NCBI GenBank assembly: GCA_964016885.1
Contig: OZ024744.1
Location: 38,750,001 to 38,814,000, forward strand
Source of the DNA: Eledone cirrhosa
Lineage: Eukaryota
DNA: 64,000 nucleotides
Reading direction: 5' to 3'
Shown here: piece by piece, positions 24,801 through 36,149 of the stretch
How the letters are laid out: the number at the start of each line of letters is the position of its first letter
How positions within the stretch are numbered: position 1 is the first letter of the stretch
Translations under genes and position numbers: made by a program
The notes under the pieces: model-generated
Database searches by the model: none
What the model was told of the DNA's origin: nothing
The model's input: only the letters and a program-made list of their open reading frames with translations

Positions 24801-25427
24801 AGAAGAATCTATCCCTGCAAGGTCGAGCTGACGTGGCAAACGCGTACATCCCGTCCGTCATCTACTACCGACTGACTGTCGTGCTTTATCTTGGTCCACA
24901 TCTGACTGTATCAGAACAGCTACACTTTCGCTTTTTGTGGAAGGGACATATCCCACTGGTCAGGCGGTACATTTCCTGTCGACACTCGCTGCGTGGGGGG
25001 ATTAGGAATGCCGTGGATAATGACGCACAAACATACACTGAGGCTACGAAATCTTCAACTTTGCTTTGACGGTGAACAAGTGTGGTTACCGTTCACTAGA
25101 ACTGCAGCCTTGCGTCAAGCGAAGAACGAGAGGAAGCCCTTGGAGACTGGAATGTCTCCAATCGCACACGGTCTTCAGCCAATCGGGCAGTACGATCGGT
25201 GGAAACTCTACATTGACGTTCTCTAGAGCGTTAGTGGTGGGAAAAGGTTCCGACGTTCATGGGGAGAATCGCGCGTCGAAAATAATTAGCTAGCTAATCT
25301 TTTCCGCAGAACCACCGGTCCAGGGTCCATGGATTATTTCCAGAGCTACCGGGGAGCATTGCCAGTTTAAGATAAGCATGGAAGTGCTGTCCGAGATGCG
25401 CGTAGAGTGAAACTGTCTTGCATGCTA

Positions 25428-25970
25428 TTATTATTTTGTGCATCATTACTGCTTTACTGAGCACAGCTCTGTGCGCCTTGGATATGAGCAGTGTAGTTTT
25501 TGCTGATCTTGTTCCTATTGTATTGATTTTACTTTTCGTAATATGTGTGCAGTGCCTAGTAGTGCTATCTTTTTTTATGTTGTATATATTGGTAAGTCCT
25601 GGGGTTTGGGTTATATATTTGTCTGTGTTTTTTATCATTCCCAGAGCACCTAATATTATAGGTATTGTTTCTGTTTTCATTTTCCACATACGAGTTATTT
25701 CTATCTCTAGATCTTTATATTTGGAGAGTTTTTCTATTTCCTTGGAAGATATATTGTCGTCTTTGAGGAATCTGTTAGAAGGCAATTCTTTCTTTGTGGT
25801 CTTTGACTATAATATCTGGTCGGTTGGCCTTGATCTCTTTGTCTGTTTATATTGGCATATCCCAGAGAATGGTTGCTTTGTCATATGGATATATTCTTTT
25901 TTTGGCTATCCAGAGACTATGTGGTTGATTGTTTCTTCCCTATCTCCACATATTCTACATTCTAGTTATT
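25428..25970 (-). mobile_element. R4/Dong-like 3' fragment (REL endonuclease) nested in Tx1 copy 4
   Basis: NRPDIIVKD..., KEIEKLSKYKDLEIEITRMW, IPIILGALG on minus strand; short TAA tail. Confidence 0.85.
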
Positions 25971-25974
25971 AACT

Positions 25975-26081
25975 GTGGTTAAGTTTGCCTTTCATCCTTA
26001 TGGGGTCGATAAAATAAAGTACCAGTAATGCTCTGGCGGAATTTCTGGCCTTGTGCAAAAAATAGAAATATTATTATTATT
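25975..26081 (+). mobile_element. 5'-truncated SINE with (TTA)n tail nested in Tx1 copy 4
   Basis: Family core GCCTTTCATCCTT..GGGGTCGATAAAATAAAGTACCAGT. Confidence 0.85.
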
Positions 26082-26695
26082 GTCCAGTGTCCGAGCATTG
26101 CTGACTTGTAGGTTTATGCATGTAGAACGGATCCGACTATTAGCTGAGTCCATCGTGATGATTGCTCCGCCCTCTTCCTTTAGCCGAGAAGGGCAGGCAG
26201 TTTTTATCTGTCTGGTGGCCATGGCGAAAGAGATAGTATGGTGGACACGTCTGAAAGGGCTGAAGACGAGCACTTACCTCTTCAGTGATGCCCTGAATAA
26301 CTTTTTCAAATTTCATTTGAAAAGGAAAATCAGGGTAGAGAGGGAGGTGCTCTCTTCCCAGCATTTTGTTGAAAGATGGGTGAGAGAGGCAAGAATGGCC
26401 CGAGTGAGTGGACATACTCTGAGAATATGCCTGTAAATTGAAGGTGGAAAACTGGGAGAGGACAATTGCCCTGGTGGTCAGGGTCACTGTGGTTTTTTTA
26501 ATGGGCTTTCTCCACGATGGCCCTCGGAAGTCTCCCCACTATTGGGGAATTTTTCATTGTTCTTTTTTTTGTTACATCCTCTGTTTTTTTTTTGTTTTTT
26601 TTACACGCAGAAATGCCCATTTGTACCGTCCTGTATTGTCCTGTACTGTCATTAATGTCTACTTTATGTAAACCCTTGTGGTTAATAAAGAAAGC

Positions 26696-26696
<1 letters not shown>

Positions 26697-26764
<68 letters not shown>
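26697..26764. repeat. (TTA)n tract shared by Tx1 copy 4 (+) and a Dong-like element (-)
   Basis: Direct reading. Confidence 0.97.
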
Positions 26765-26766
<2 letters not shown>

Positions 26767-26997
26767 TGTTCTTTGAGTCTCAGTCATTGATGTTATTTAA
26801 CTGGAAAGTTTTTTTGAAATTAATATCAAGCCACTACCTGCAGCCTCAGATATTCAGGACGTGTCGGAGGGTTCTTGCATTGCCCAGCAAGCATGCCTTT
26901 TGAAGTGTTCCAAAAAGCGGGGCGGGGCCAATTTTCTTTAACCATCCCTGGAAACTCCTTGAGATAGTACCTAGTGCGCCTATGACAATTGGGACCA
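26765..26997 (-). mobile_element. R4/Dong-like 3' terminal fragment
   Basis: VPIVIGALGTISRSF..WLKKIG..LQKACLLG.ARTLRHVL; 3' UTR runs into (TAA)n. Confidence 0.85.
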
Positions 26998-27017
26998 TTA
27001 TTATTATTATTATTATT

Positions 27018-27515
27018 GTAGTCTCAGTCATTGATGTTATTTAACTGAAAAGTTTGTTCAAATGAACATCAAGCTGCTACCTGCAGCCTCGAATATTCAG
27101 GACGTTTCGGAGGGCTCTTGCTGTTCGCAGCAAGCATGCCTTTTGAAGATAGTACCAAGTGCTCCTATGATAATCGGGACGACCTTGATCTCATGACAGT
27201 CCCAAATCCTTTTAAACTCCCACTTGTCAATATGGTGTTTTAGAAACCTTATTCTGAGGGTTTTCTCCCGTGCAGCCATTAGCATTCCTTCTGTAGCTTT
27301 TTTAAGGTCTCCTCTTTTTAACCAGTTCCATGTCTGTGGATCTCTGAATTCCGTTATCTTAAAAAAGGTGCCATGAATGGACTTTTCATGAAGGCTGTTC
27401 TTCCTCTTTGTTGATACTTCATCCTTGGATATCCCCTGGTCTATTGTCTTCCCCAGTACAACTTTGAGCATTGGCTCCCTACTGCGAGGCACATATTTTG
27501 CAGACTGCTCTTCTA
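27018..27515 (-). mobile_element. Second R4/Dong-like 3' fragment in tandem
   Basis: HGTFF..TWNWLKRGDLKKATEGMLMAARE..IKVVPIIIGALG; 3' UTR homologous to 26777-26860; (TAA)n at 26997-27017. Confidence 0.85.
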
Positions 27516-27545
27516 ACTATTATTATTATCATCATCATCATCATT

Positions 27546-28590
27546 GGTGACTGAATCGAGAAGGCGTGTTATCGTTAGCTCCGAATGTATGCGGTTTTAA
27601 GTTGTTTGAAGTGTGTTTTGTTGAAATATTTTTGTTATAAAGTGTCAATAGTGTACCATATGTTTGCCCTCTGAAAAGGCCACCCCATAACATTTGGGAT
27701 TTCAGCCGAAATATTTGAAGTTTAATTTTTATTTTTTCACGCCTAGAAGCTTATAAAATGAAAGAGATACGCCTCTTCACTTTCAGCCAGCGGTCACGTG
27801 ACAGCGACTCAAAGGTTGTGACGAGCATCACCACCCCCACCACCACCGTCAACGTCATCAGGGTTACCACTGCCAACACAACACTACAGACAGCAAGCTT
27901 ACCGTCGACAACAACAACAAAGACAACGACAATAAAAAACAGCAGCAACATTTACTGCAGTAACAGTAAAAGCAGCAGCAACGGCAACAACAGCAGCAGC
28001 ACAAAAACAACTGCAAAGACAGTAACGGAAACAGCAACAATGGCAACGATAACAACAACAGCAACAATAACAACAACCACAAAATCACATTCACAGCTAC
28101 AACTGTGAAAACAGAACTTTTAATATGGCCATCACTAAGAGTGATGTTGGGCCAACATAAGTGTGCGCCCGAGATGTTGGCAGCAACGGAGAGGAAAACT
28201 CTAATATATAGATATACTGGCATTAAGTCCAGAAAGCCGAAGCTGGCCCCACCATCACATGTGGAGGCACCAATAAAGGGCTTGATATCAGACATCTTCA
28301 ATACCAAAGCCATTGCTAAAAAAAGGACTCTGGGGTCCCCTGCAAGACAGAACAGCTTAGTTTGTTTCCCTCTCATATAGGAAGAAGAACTTTAAAGATC
28401 CGCATTGCTGGGACCCTGCCAGAAATAGGCATCTGGTGGACCCCAGCATGCATTATGTTAGAGGGGACGAAATGCCCCTTGAGGTGAAAAGGATCCGGAG
28501 GGAGAACTGGTCTTTTATCAATCTGGAGATACTTCTCCAGATCAAACCTGAGAAAATTGAAAAGATCTCAGGCATAATTTACCTTCCGGG
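27546..28590 (+). mobile_element. Tx1 5' UTR plus decayed ORF1 fragment (copy 5)
   Basis: Starts after (ATT/ATC)n; 5' UTR shares GG.GAC..TATCGT.AGCTCCG with copy 3 and TTTAAG.TGTTT.AAGTGT with copy 2; Thr/Ser-rich N-terminus, ERKTLIYRY, ENWS..LEILLQIKP. Confidence 0.7.
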
Positions 28591-28789
28591 TGAATTGTTC
28601 GAGTTTTAGACTTGACAGGAATTTGGAGCAACTGACCTGTTTCTCACAGATGGGTCAGTCGTGTTAATGCGACTCGCCCTATGGATGTGTCGGTTTTATT
28701 AATTTTATAAATTAATTTTTTTTTTTTCCTCAAATATTTATATATATGGATTCTGATACCGGACTTGGATAACGCAGCCAAAGGTCTCA

Positions 28790-28799
28790 GAGAGAGAGT

Positions 28800-28888
<89 letters not shown>
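28790..28888. repeat. (AG)n microsatellite
   Basis: Direct reading. Confidence 0.98.
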
Positions 28889-28891
<3 letters not shown>

Positions 28892-30504
28892 CTATCACCA
28901 ACTGAAGCGAAGAGTGAAGAAGTCAGCGTCTCTATAATAGAGATGGACTGAAAGAGAAACCTATATTATTTTAAATAAAATGGTTTAAAACGCACACAAT
29001 AATATCGGAAACACATCAGACTAGAATGACAACAATGACAACAGCAGCACAACAACAATGAAAAGAACACCGATAAAAGTGAAGACAACAACAACAAAAA
29101 GCACCAGCGAAAATAACAGAGATAAAATCGAAAAAGACAATAACAATCAAAACAACAATCACAACAATAACACCAGCAGCAGCAGAAGCAGAAGCAGCAA
29201 CAACAGCAACAAGTCAACCAGCAAACCAACAAATAGTGCCCTCACTGCCAAATCTTTCACTAGTGCCATGAAAACTTATTTTTCGAAAATCATGTCCTCT
29301 AATAAAGAAGTAAAACAAGAAAGAGGGCTGGTTGAAAGAGACAACCACATTGCCAACCTCAACACTCCTAACGAAACTATCCAACATACGATACGTCGGA
29401 CTGTATTAGGGGAATAAAAACTAGAAAGGTGGAAAGAGAAACAGAAAGCTTTAGGTTTCATATGAGACCAAAACACTTTCATTCAAAAGGGAAAAGATTT
29501 TGGCACAGTGGATGTGAGATTTGCAACAGAAGAAACAAAATCTCACTCCATAAAACCCTTACAGAGTTACGAGATCCTGCTAGTCCTTTACAGAGACTAG
29601 TAAGGATCTGTGCGGATTAGGTGCCGCCTGAAATAGCCATTCCTTGGCTAATAGCAGCAGTTACAGTAGACATCGCAAAAGAATACAGATGCCATTCCCG
29701 AGCAAATACGTCTCCCGGGCGGCATCATCCTACTCGTTATGGTAGGAAGGAGGAAGGTCCGGTGCCACATTTATCTTTCAACAAATCATTTCAGAGCCTT
29801 CTGCACTAAAAGGAAAACAAAACAGAAAAACCTCGCTCCTACCAACACCAACAACAACCATCCAAATCCAGACAGCAACAACATTGACATCAAGGAAAAG
29901 GATAACAACACCAATACTAGTAACAGCAGCTACAACATCAACACTCAAATCAACAAGAACAGCAAGACCAACACCAACAACAGCGCCAACAGATCGGGCA
30001 CCATCAGCAACAACAACACCAATGGCGTTTGAAGACATGCCACTCCCCGGCGTCCCACAGCTGGGTATAAAATCCGATGAATGTGAGGAGGGGCGAGCAG
30101 ACCCCCACCAAAGAAAAAAAAAAGAAAATAGAAAAGAAAAAACTCCCTATCTCAGCCATCAATAAAAAAGGGTGTAAGAGAAAAGGATCCAAAAAGCCGA
30201 AGGCAACAAACACATACACACACCTCCACATCACCAACACCACAACTAACCCCAACAACATCAACACCACAACAGACAGCACAGTCACCAACAACATTCC
30301 AAAACAAAACCGACATCCGCAACAACAACAATAACAACAAATACAACAGAAAGCTACAAACATCACCCACTACAAAACAATAAACACTAACACAAAACTA
30401 TTGAACTACTTACAGCACAACATAATTAGGCAAAACAACTTTATTATACAAAAAAAATCATACTACCTACAGATCATACGAATCACATAAAACACATATA
30501 CATA

Positions 30505-30580
30505 TCTTCTTCTTCTTCATTTTCTTCTTCTTCTTCTTCTTCTTCTTCTTCTTCTTCTTCTTCTTCTTCTTCTTCTTCTC
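30505..30580. repeat. (TTC)n, the (GAA)n tail of the minus-strand RTE
   Basis: Direct reading. Confidence 0.95.
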
Positions 30581-31165
30581 CCACTTATTCCTGAGAGGGT
30601 CGTGGGGGAAGATTCCTCAAACATTCCTTCCAGCGGGTCCTGTCACTAGCAACAATCTCCAACTGATCCGGCTGGATTCCCCAAGTGAGTCCAACCAACT
30701 TCATGGATGTTATCCAACTATCTTGCTCGGAGTCTACCCCTGGGTCTCCTGCCAATTGGTTTTGCTCGTCCAGTGATTCTTTCCTGAGACATTCTAACCT
30801 CATGCCTATAGTATCGGAGCTGTGATCTCTCAATTCGGAGAAGCAGTGGATCTACCAGGAGTGACTCTCTGATCGCCGAGCTAAGCACTCTATCGACTAA
30901 CGTTACTTCAAAAGCCCTTCGGAGGAACCCCATTTCAGCCGCTTGTATTCGTGATCGTATTCTTTCGGTCATTACATAAGATTCATGACCATAGGTGAGG
31001 GTTGGCATGAATACCGAATTGAAGATAGAAAGGTTTGGCTTTTGCACCTACCTCCCTTCTTCTGATTACTGCACCAGCATTACTGCACCTGCTCATGCAA
31101 TTCTTGTACTTAATTTAGCCTCCTGTTTCTATCACTCGTGAACATTGCCCCGAGATACTCGTCTT
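30581..31165 (-). mobile_element. RTE-clade (Rex3/Expander-like) 3' fragment
   Basis: PTLTYGHESYVMTERIRSRIQAAEMGFLRR...PLLLRIERSQLR...GRRPRGR. Confidence 0.85.
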
Positions 31166-31694
31166 CGAACCAGGGCCAACTGCTCAATGACATCATATCA
31201 CCAGAAGTGGTGGCCATTCGCGAGAGCAGAGTTTCCGACGCACGAACCTTCGCATCCATTCTCGATATATACATCTCTAAGCCGTTCGGGATCTGGAGGC
31301 GGTGTTGATGTGTTGTTCCGGAAAGCACTAGATCTTGCAATAAGAATGAACTTCCTGGACCCAGAAAGTAAGTCGGTGGTGCAGGACGTGACCAGCAGCG
31401 AATGGGTCGCCTTCAGGCTAGTCGCCGTCAATGCTCCGACGAACTGGTTTCTTCGGGCGCCTGGAGACGTTTCTAAGAACTCTTTAGTGTTTGTTGGCGA
31501 CTGGAACGTTATGTTAGACGAACGCTGGGGTTGTTTCGAATGGATAGAAGGCAAAGTTGACCTCGGTGAGATTCGAACTCTAAAAGTAGTCGAAACTAAT
31601 AAAGAAAAGCATTCTTTCCGACGTTTCACGACTCTGTCATTTTATATAGGTAAAGAGAAACATACTTAGAATTCCTCGAATTTGTTGAACAGAT

Positions 31695-32115
31695 GTTGGC
31701 GGTGGCGCGGGGATAATGGAGTTGGTGGGGTGGAGTGGGGACAATGGTGTCGGTGGTGGTGCCGGTGGCGGTGTTGGTGGTAGTGGTGGCGTCGATGGCG
31801 GTGGTGGTGGCGGCGGCGACAGTGAAGACGGTAGTGGCGGTGATGGCAATGGTGGATGCATTGGTGGTGGTGGCGTCGATGTTGGTGGTGGTAGTGGTGA
31901 TGGTGGTGCTGGTGCTGGTGGTGTCTGTGTTGGTAGTGGTAGTGGTGGAGGTGGTGGCGACGGCGACGGAGGAGGTGGCGGCGGCGGCGGTGGTGGTGGT
32001 GGTAAAAGTGGCGACGGCGGATGCGGTGGCGGTGGCGGATGCGGTGGCGGCGGCGGTGGTGGTGACATCGGTGTTTGTGGTGGTGGTGGTGGTGGTGGTG
32101 GTGGTGGTGGTGGAT
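31695..32115. repeat. Degenerate (GGT/GGC)n trinucleotide repeat
   Basis: Direct reading; the Gly/Val/Pro/Thr ORFs here are low-complexity artefacts. Confidence 0.9.
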
Positions 32116-32609
32116 GTACTGTGTGTGTGCGTGATGCTTCTTGTCCTCACTGTCATTGAAACGACTTCGAGTCTAGAAAAAAATAGAAAAAGAATAGAAA
32201 AAAAAAGAAGAAAAAAAAGAACATTAGAATGATAGAACACTTGAATAAGTTTAGGTAAACATTAGTAGGAGATGTCATATTTCATGTAGTTAATAGTAGC
32301 TGAGAAATGTTTCTTGATGATATCCCTAGAAGACACAACTTTAACACAATCTAACAAGCCCCATACGACGTTAAGATATCTAAATATTTAGGTCCGTTTT
32401 CAGAGTTTGTTGTTAATTCTGTCACTTTTATCTCCAGTCTGGAATTTAGTGCAAAGAGTTTTAAGATGATAAATCCCTAAGTTATGTTATGGTTTCCACG
32501 TACGATTTATATTTCAAAGCACCATTGTTTCAAATCTTTTATTTTTTATACAATCTGATTTTTTATACAACCAAAGATCATATATGTTTAAGTTCAATTT
32601 CCTTCAAAG

Positions 32610-32740
<131 letters not shown>

Positions 32741-33014
32741 TATATTTGCATATATACACATACATTCATGCATACATACACCATACATACATACATATTA
32801 AATTTATGAATGTATATATATGTTTGTATTAGTATATGTGTGTCAAGCTCCTGCATTTATCAATGATCAACCAAGGAAGAAAGGCTATAGAAAGTGTAAC
32901 AACAATACCAGTGTCTCAGAATAACATCCGCCCGAAGACGAGGACAAATAAAAGAGAAAAGTGTCTGTATATATATATATATATAACGGCGATGAATTAG
33001 TTTATAACAATATA

Positions 33015-33084
33015 CATATATATACACGTGTGTGTGTCTATATATATGTCATTCCACTCTCTCTCTACTCTCTCTCACACTCTC

Positions 33085-33150
<66 letters not shown>

Positions 33151-33224
33151 GAGAGTGTGAGAGAGAGTAGAGAGAGAGTGGAATGACATATATATAGACA
33201 CACACACACACGTGTATATATATG
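33015..33224. repeat. Palindrome centred on (TA)n
   Basis: About 75-nt arms are reverse complements (GTCATTCCACTCTCTC.../...GAGAGAGTGGAATGAC). Confidence 0.92.
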
Positions 33225-33426
33225 GTATAACATTGGTCCGGCAAACCAAAGATGTGGGTTTGTGTCCCATGTACATCAATACTTATCCTTTCTTCCATTG
33301 AGAGGGTTTTTTATGAACCCAACTAACAGACTAATTCTGTTTAGTTAAATACGACGTAAGCACATGTTACTACCTAATTTTCATATTCGCTAGCCGTTTC
33401 TAAAACAACGCTTGTTTTGTGTCTCC

Positions 33427-33531
<105 letters not shown>

Positions 33532-33649
33532 AATACGGACAGATATATATATGAACAACTCTCCCCTCAAAATATGCATGTAAAAATTAATAATTTTTTC
33601 TTCCCCTTTTTATTAATATTATTTGTATAAATATGGAAACTATATATAA

Positions 33650-34620
33650 AACTATCTCCCGGGAAATTGGAAGATCCTATTCAATGTTCGAACAAAATTT
33701 TTAAACAATGGACAAATTTACTGAGAAAGTTGTGCACGGGTACCTGAGACGAAAAACACAGACCATAGAGGGGATAAATCATTCAAAAAGCCTGGCATGG
33801 AATGTCGACAAGTTTATGACATCCCACCTTGAAGGATATCTCTACAGGAACAAGAAATCCCTACCAAAAATCTGCTACACAAAAGAGGAGTGCCATCAGT
33901 CGACAATAAATGTAGGCTTCGTAAAACAAAGATCGAAGATGTTAGCCACATTGTTGCCAACTGCGAAAGAATGTCGTCTCGTTACTACCTCCCTCTGAGA
34001 CACAATGTGCTAGCTAGAACCATCTGGAACGCACTTCGGAAAACAAGAATAAAACAAATGAGGAGGATTATGTTGAGACAGATGGCACTAAGGAATACTG
34101 GTGGAATCTGAAAATGAAAACTGCCACCAAATTAAAGCACAACCGACCTATAATGTTGTTTGGGACTACACATTGAAAACATACTCTGGCTAAGAGAACT
34201 GGAGTATGAGTACTGCTAGTATGTTCAGCAAAAGCAATATGAAATAGAAAGCACAATACTGAAAACAACTCTACAGAAAATGTCAAACTAAAAATCACTA
34301 GGCCCAGACCTCATAACAGGGAACTATCTTAAGAATCTCATCTTTTATCATAAAGATCTCATACGGTTGTATGGAGAAAATATCAAGGGCACACAAGAGC
34401 CACCTCAATGACTAACAACTGCCACAACTCTCCTCATTCTCCAAAATAGCCAACAACCCTTGCTAAAAATTACAGTCTAACAGCCCGCCAGAACATCATG
34501 TAGAACATCACTGGATGACTCAATCTGTTCTTGCGGGATCATTGTGACATCAACAACATTATAACACCTGAACAATCTAGGGGAAAGAAGGTAGTGTTAG
34601 GGGTTGTATAGAGCAGCTGA
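33650..34620 (+). mobile_element. Decayed R4/Dong-like fragments related to 55889-58389
   Basis: DKFTEKVVHGYLRRKTQTIEGINHSKSLAW and CERMSSRYYLP match the 798-aa ORF. Confidence 0.88.
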
Positions 34621-35890
34621 TCACTTTTTCTTCCCCTTTTTATTAATATTATTTGTTTAAATATGGAACTTATCTATATTATGCATATCCGCAGTTGACA
34701 ATGCATATAATGCTGAAACCGGTACCATTATTAAATGCGAAAATATACTCTTCATAAATAAATAAATATTTTGATATTACACTGAAAGAATCTCTTCAAC
34801 ATTTTCTACTGAAAAAATCTTTTTCCTTTATACTATTTGTTTTTATAAATATCAACTCGTGTGTTACTTTTCTTCATTCGATACACACACACATTACGAC
34901 TTTATCTACCTCGTTGTTCCTAAATGAAACACGAATTGCTAAATGTCGGATGAACCGATCAACATTGAATAATAAGCGGAAAGTATTGCTTGTCAGAGAG
35001 TTGTAACTAAATTTTGAAATCGCTTTGTATATAATACATAAAGAAAGGGTAGAAATCGGGCAGATAATAACAACAACAAACACCCAGGGAAATATATATA
35101 TCTTTAGTGTAAAAAATTCAAGTGTCTTTTAAGAGCATGAAAACAGAAAAGGAAGTGAATAGCAAGGGCTCCAGGGTCACAGAAGAATGTGAGGGGGGAG
35201 TGAGAGGGTGATGGGCTCTAGGTCTAGTGTGCAGTGGTATTGGAGATGTGCCCTACGAACAAGACCGCAAAAACATTCTCGCGGATAATGGCCAGCGACA
35301 CCCAGTGCAACAGCCACCCCACATTTCAGACGAGCTGCTGATGTTCGGAACTTGCGGAGGAGCTCGGCATTACTCAGAGAAATATATATAGCAGACAAAG
35401 TAACAGACAAACAAAACGTAAAAAACGTGGACCGTGGCCAATATTGAGAATATTGGTTATATGAATTTATTCAATATACAAAATTCCACAATGTCTTGGA
35501 AGGTCATTTACATCATATAAAAACAATTGCGCACAAAACACTACTAAAAGGAACAGAAAATGGAGAAGAAAAATGAAAATGAAAAGGAGAAAAAAGAAGA
35601 AAATAGAAAGTGGAAAGGAGAAAAAGAAAGAATGATCATGCGGCGAAAGAAAAGGAGAGGGGAAACAGTCAATACACGCCAGGCTGAGTTGTGCATTAGC
35701 CGCGCCCCAGCGCCAAAATGACAAATGCATCACTGCCAGAGCCACCCGCTGCACCAGTATCGCACGGTGTTCTTTCCTCACGATGATCGACTGAATACGC
35801 AGGTGCGGTTTTTTTCTCACAATTTTTTTTCTCTCATTTTACCCCTTTCCTTTCTCGTATGACTTTACTTTCTGGTTATCTTCTATTTCT

Positions 35891-35930
35891 AACTCTCCTG
35901 ATGAAGGACTAGTGTCCGAAATTTTAAGAC
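35891..35930 (+). ncRNA. Hammerhead-ribozyme-like core (minimal type I, probably degenerate)
   Basis: CTGATGA-A-GGAC(TAGT)GTCC-GAAA; stem I pairing weak. Confidence 0.5.
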
Positions 35931-36149
35931 GCTTTCCTGCTATTTCAAGCGTTAAACTAATATATTTCTTCCATGTATTAGGCCGTTTGTTTTCTTATTT
36001 TTGTTATTTCTGTTTACACCACCTGTACCATCTAAGTCTACCTCGAATGCTGGGGAAAACACTATCGATAATAATAATCGAAGAAATTTGACACCACGTG
36101 TACCATCCGAGTCTACCTCAACTGTTGTGGAAAATACTATCGATAATGA

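Larger units (their letters stand above)
22430..26697 (+). mobile_element. Decayed mosaic Tx1 copy 4 (family-B-like ORF1, APE deleted, family-A 3' end)
   Basis: 22495-23090 aligns with copy 2 ORF1 (LIKREKT*ANLTIP; CFIC..ITH); 23444-26436 are RT/zf fragments; 26140-26697 closely matches the 3' end of copies 1 and 3. Confidence 0.85.
28990..31545 (+). mobile_element. Decayed Tx1 copy 6 (ORF1 remnant plus APE start), interrupted by an RTE
   Basis: PPEIAIPWLIAAV, CHIY..NHFRAFC, EDMPLPG match copy 3 ORF1; 31170-31530 gives GSGGGVDVLFRKALDL..FLDPE..GDWN. Confidence 0.8.

Noticed and set aside
31626-32240. Gly-rich, Pro-rich or Thr-rich protein gene
   Set aside because: Degenerate GGT/GGC repeat open in several frames on both strands; no gene structure
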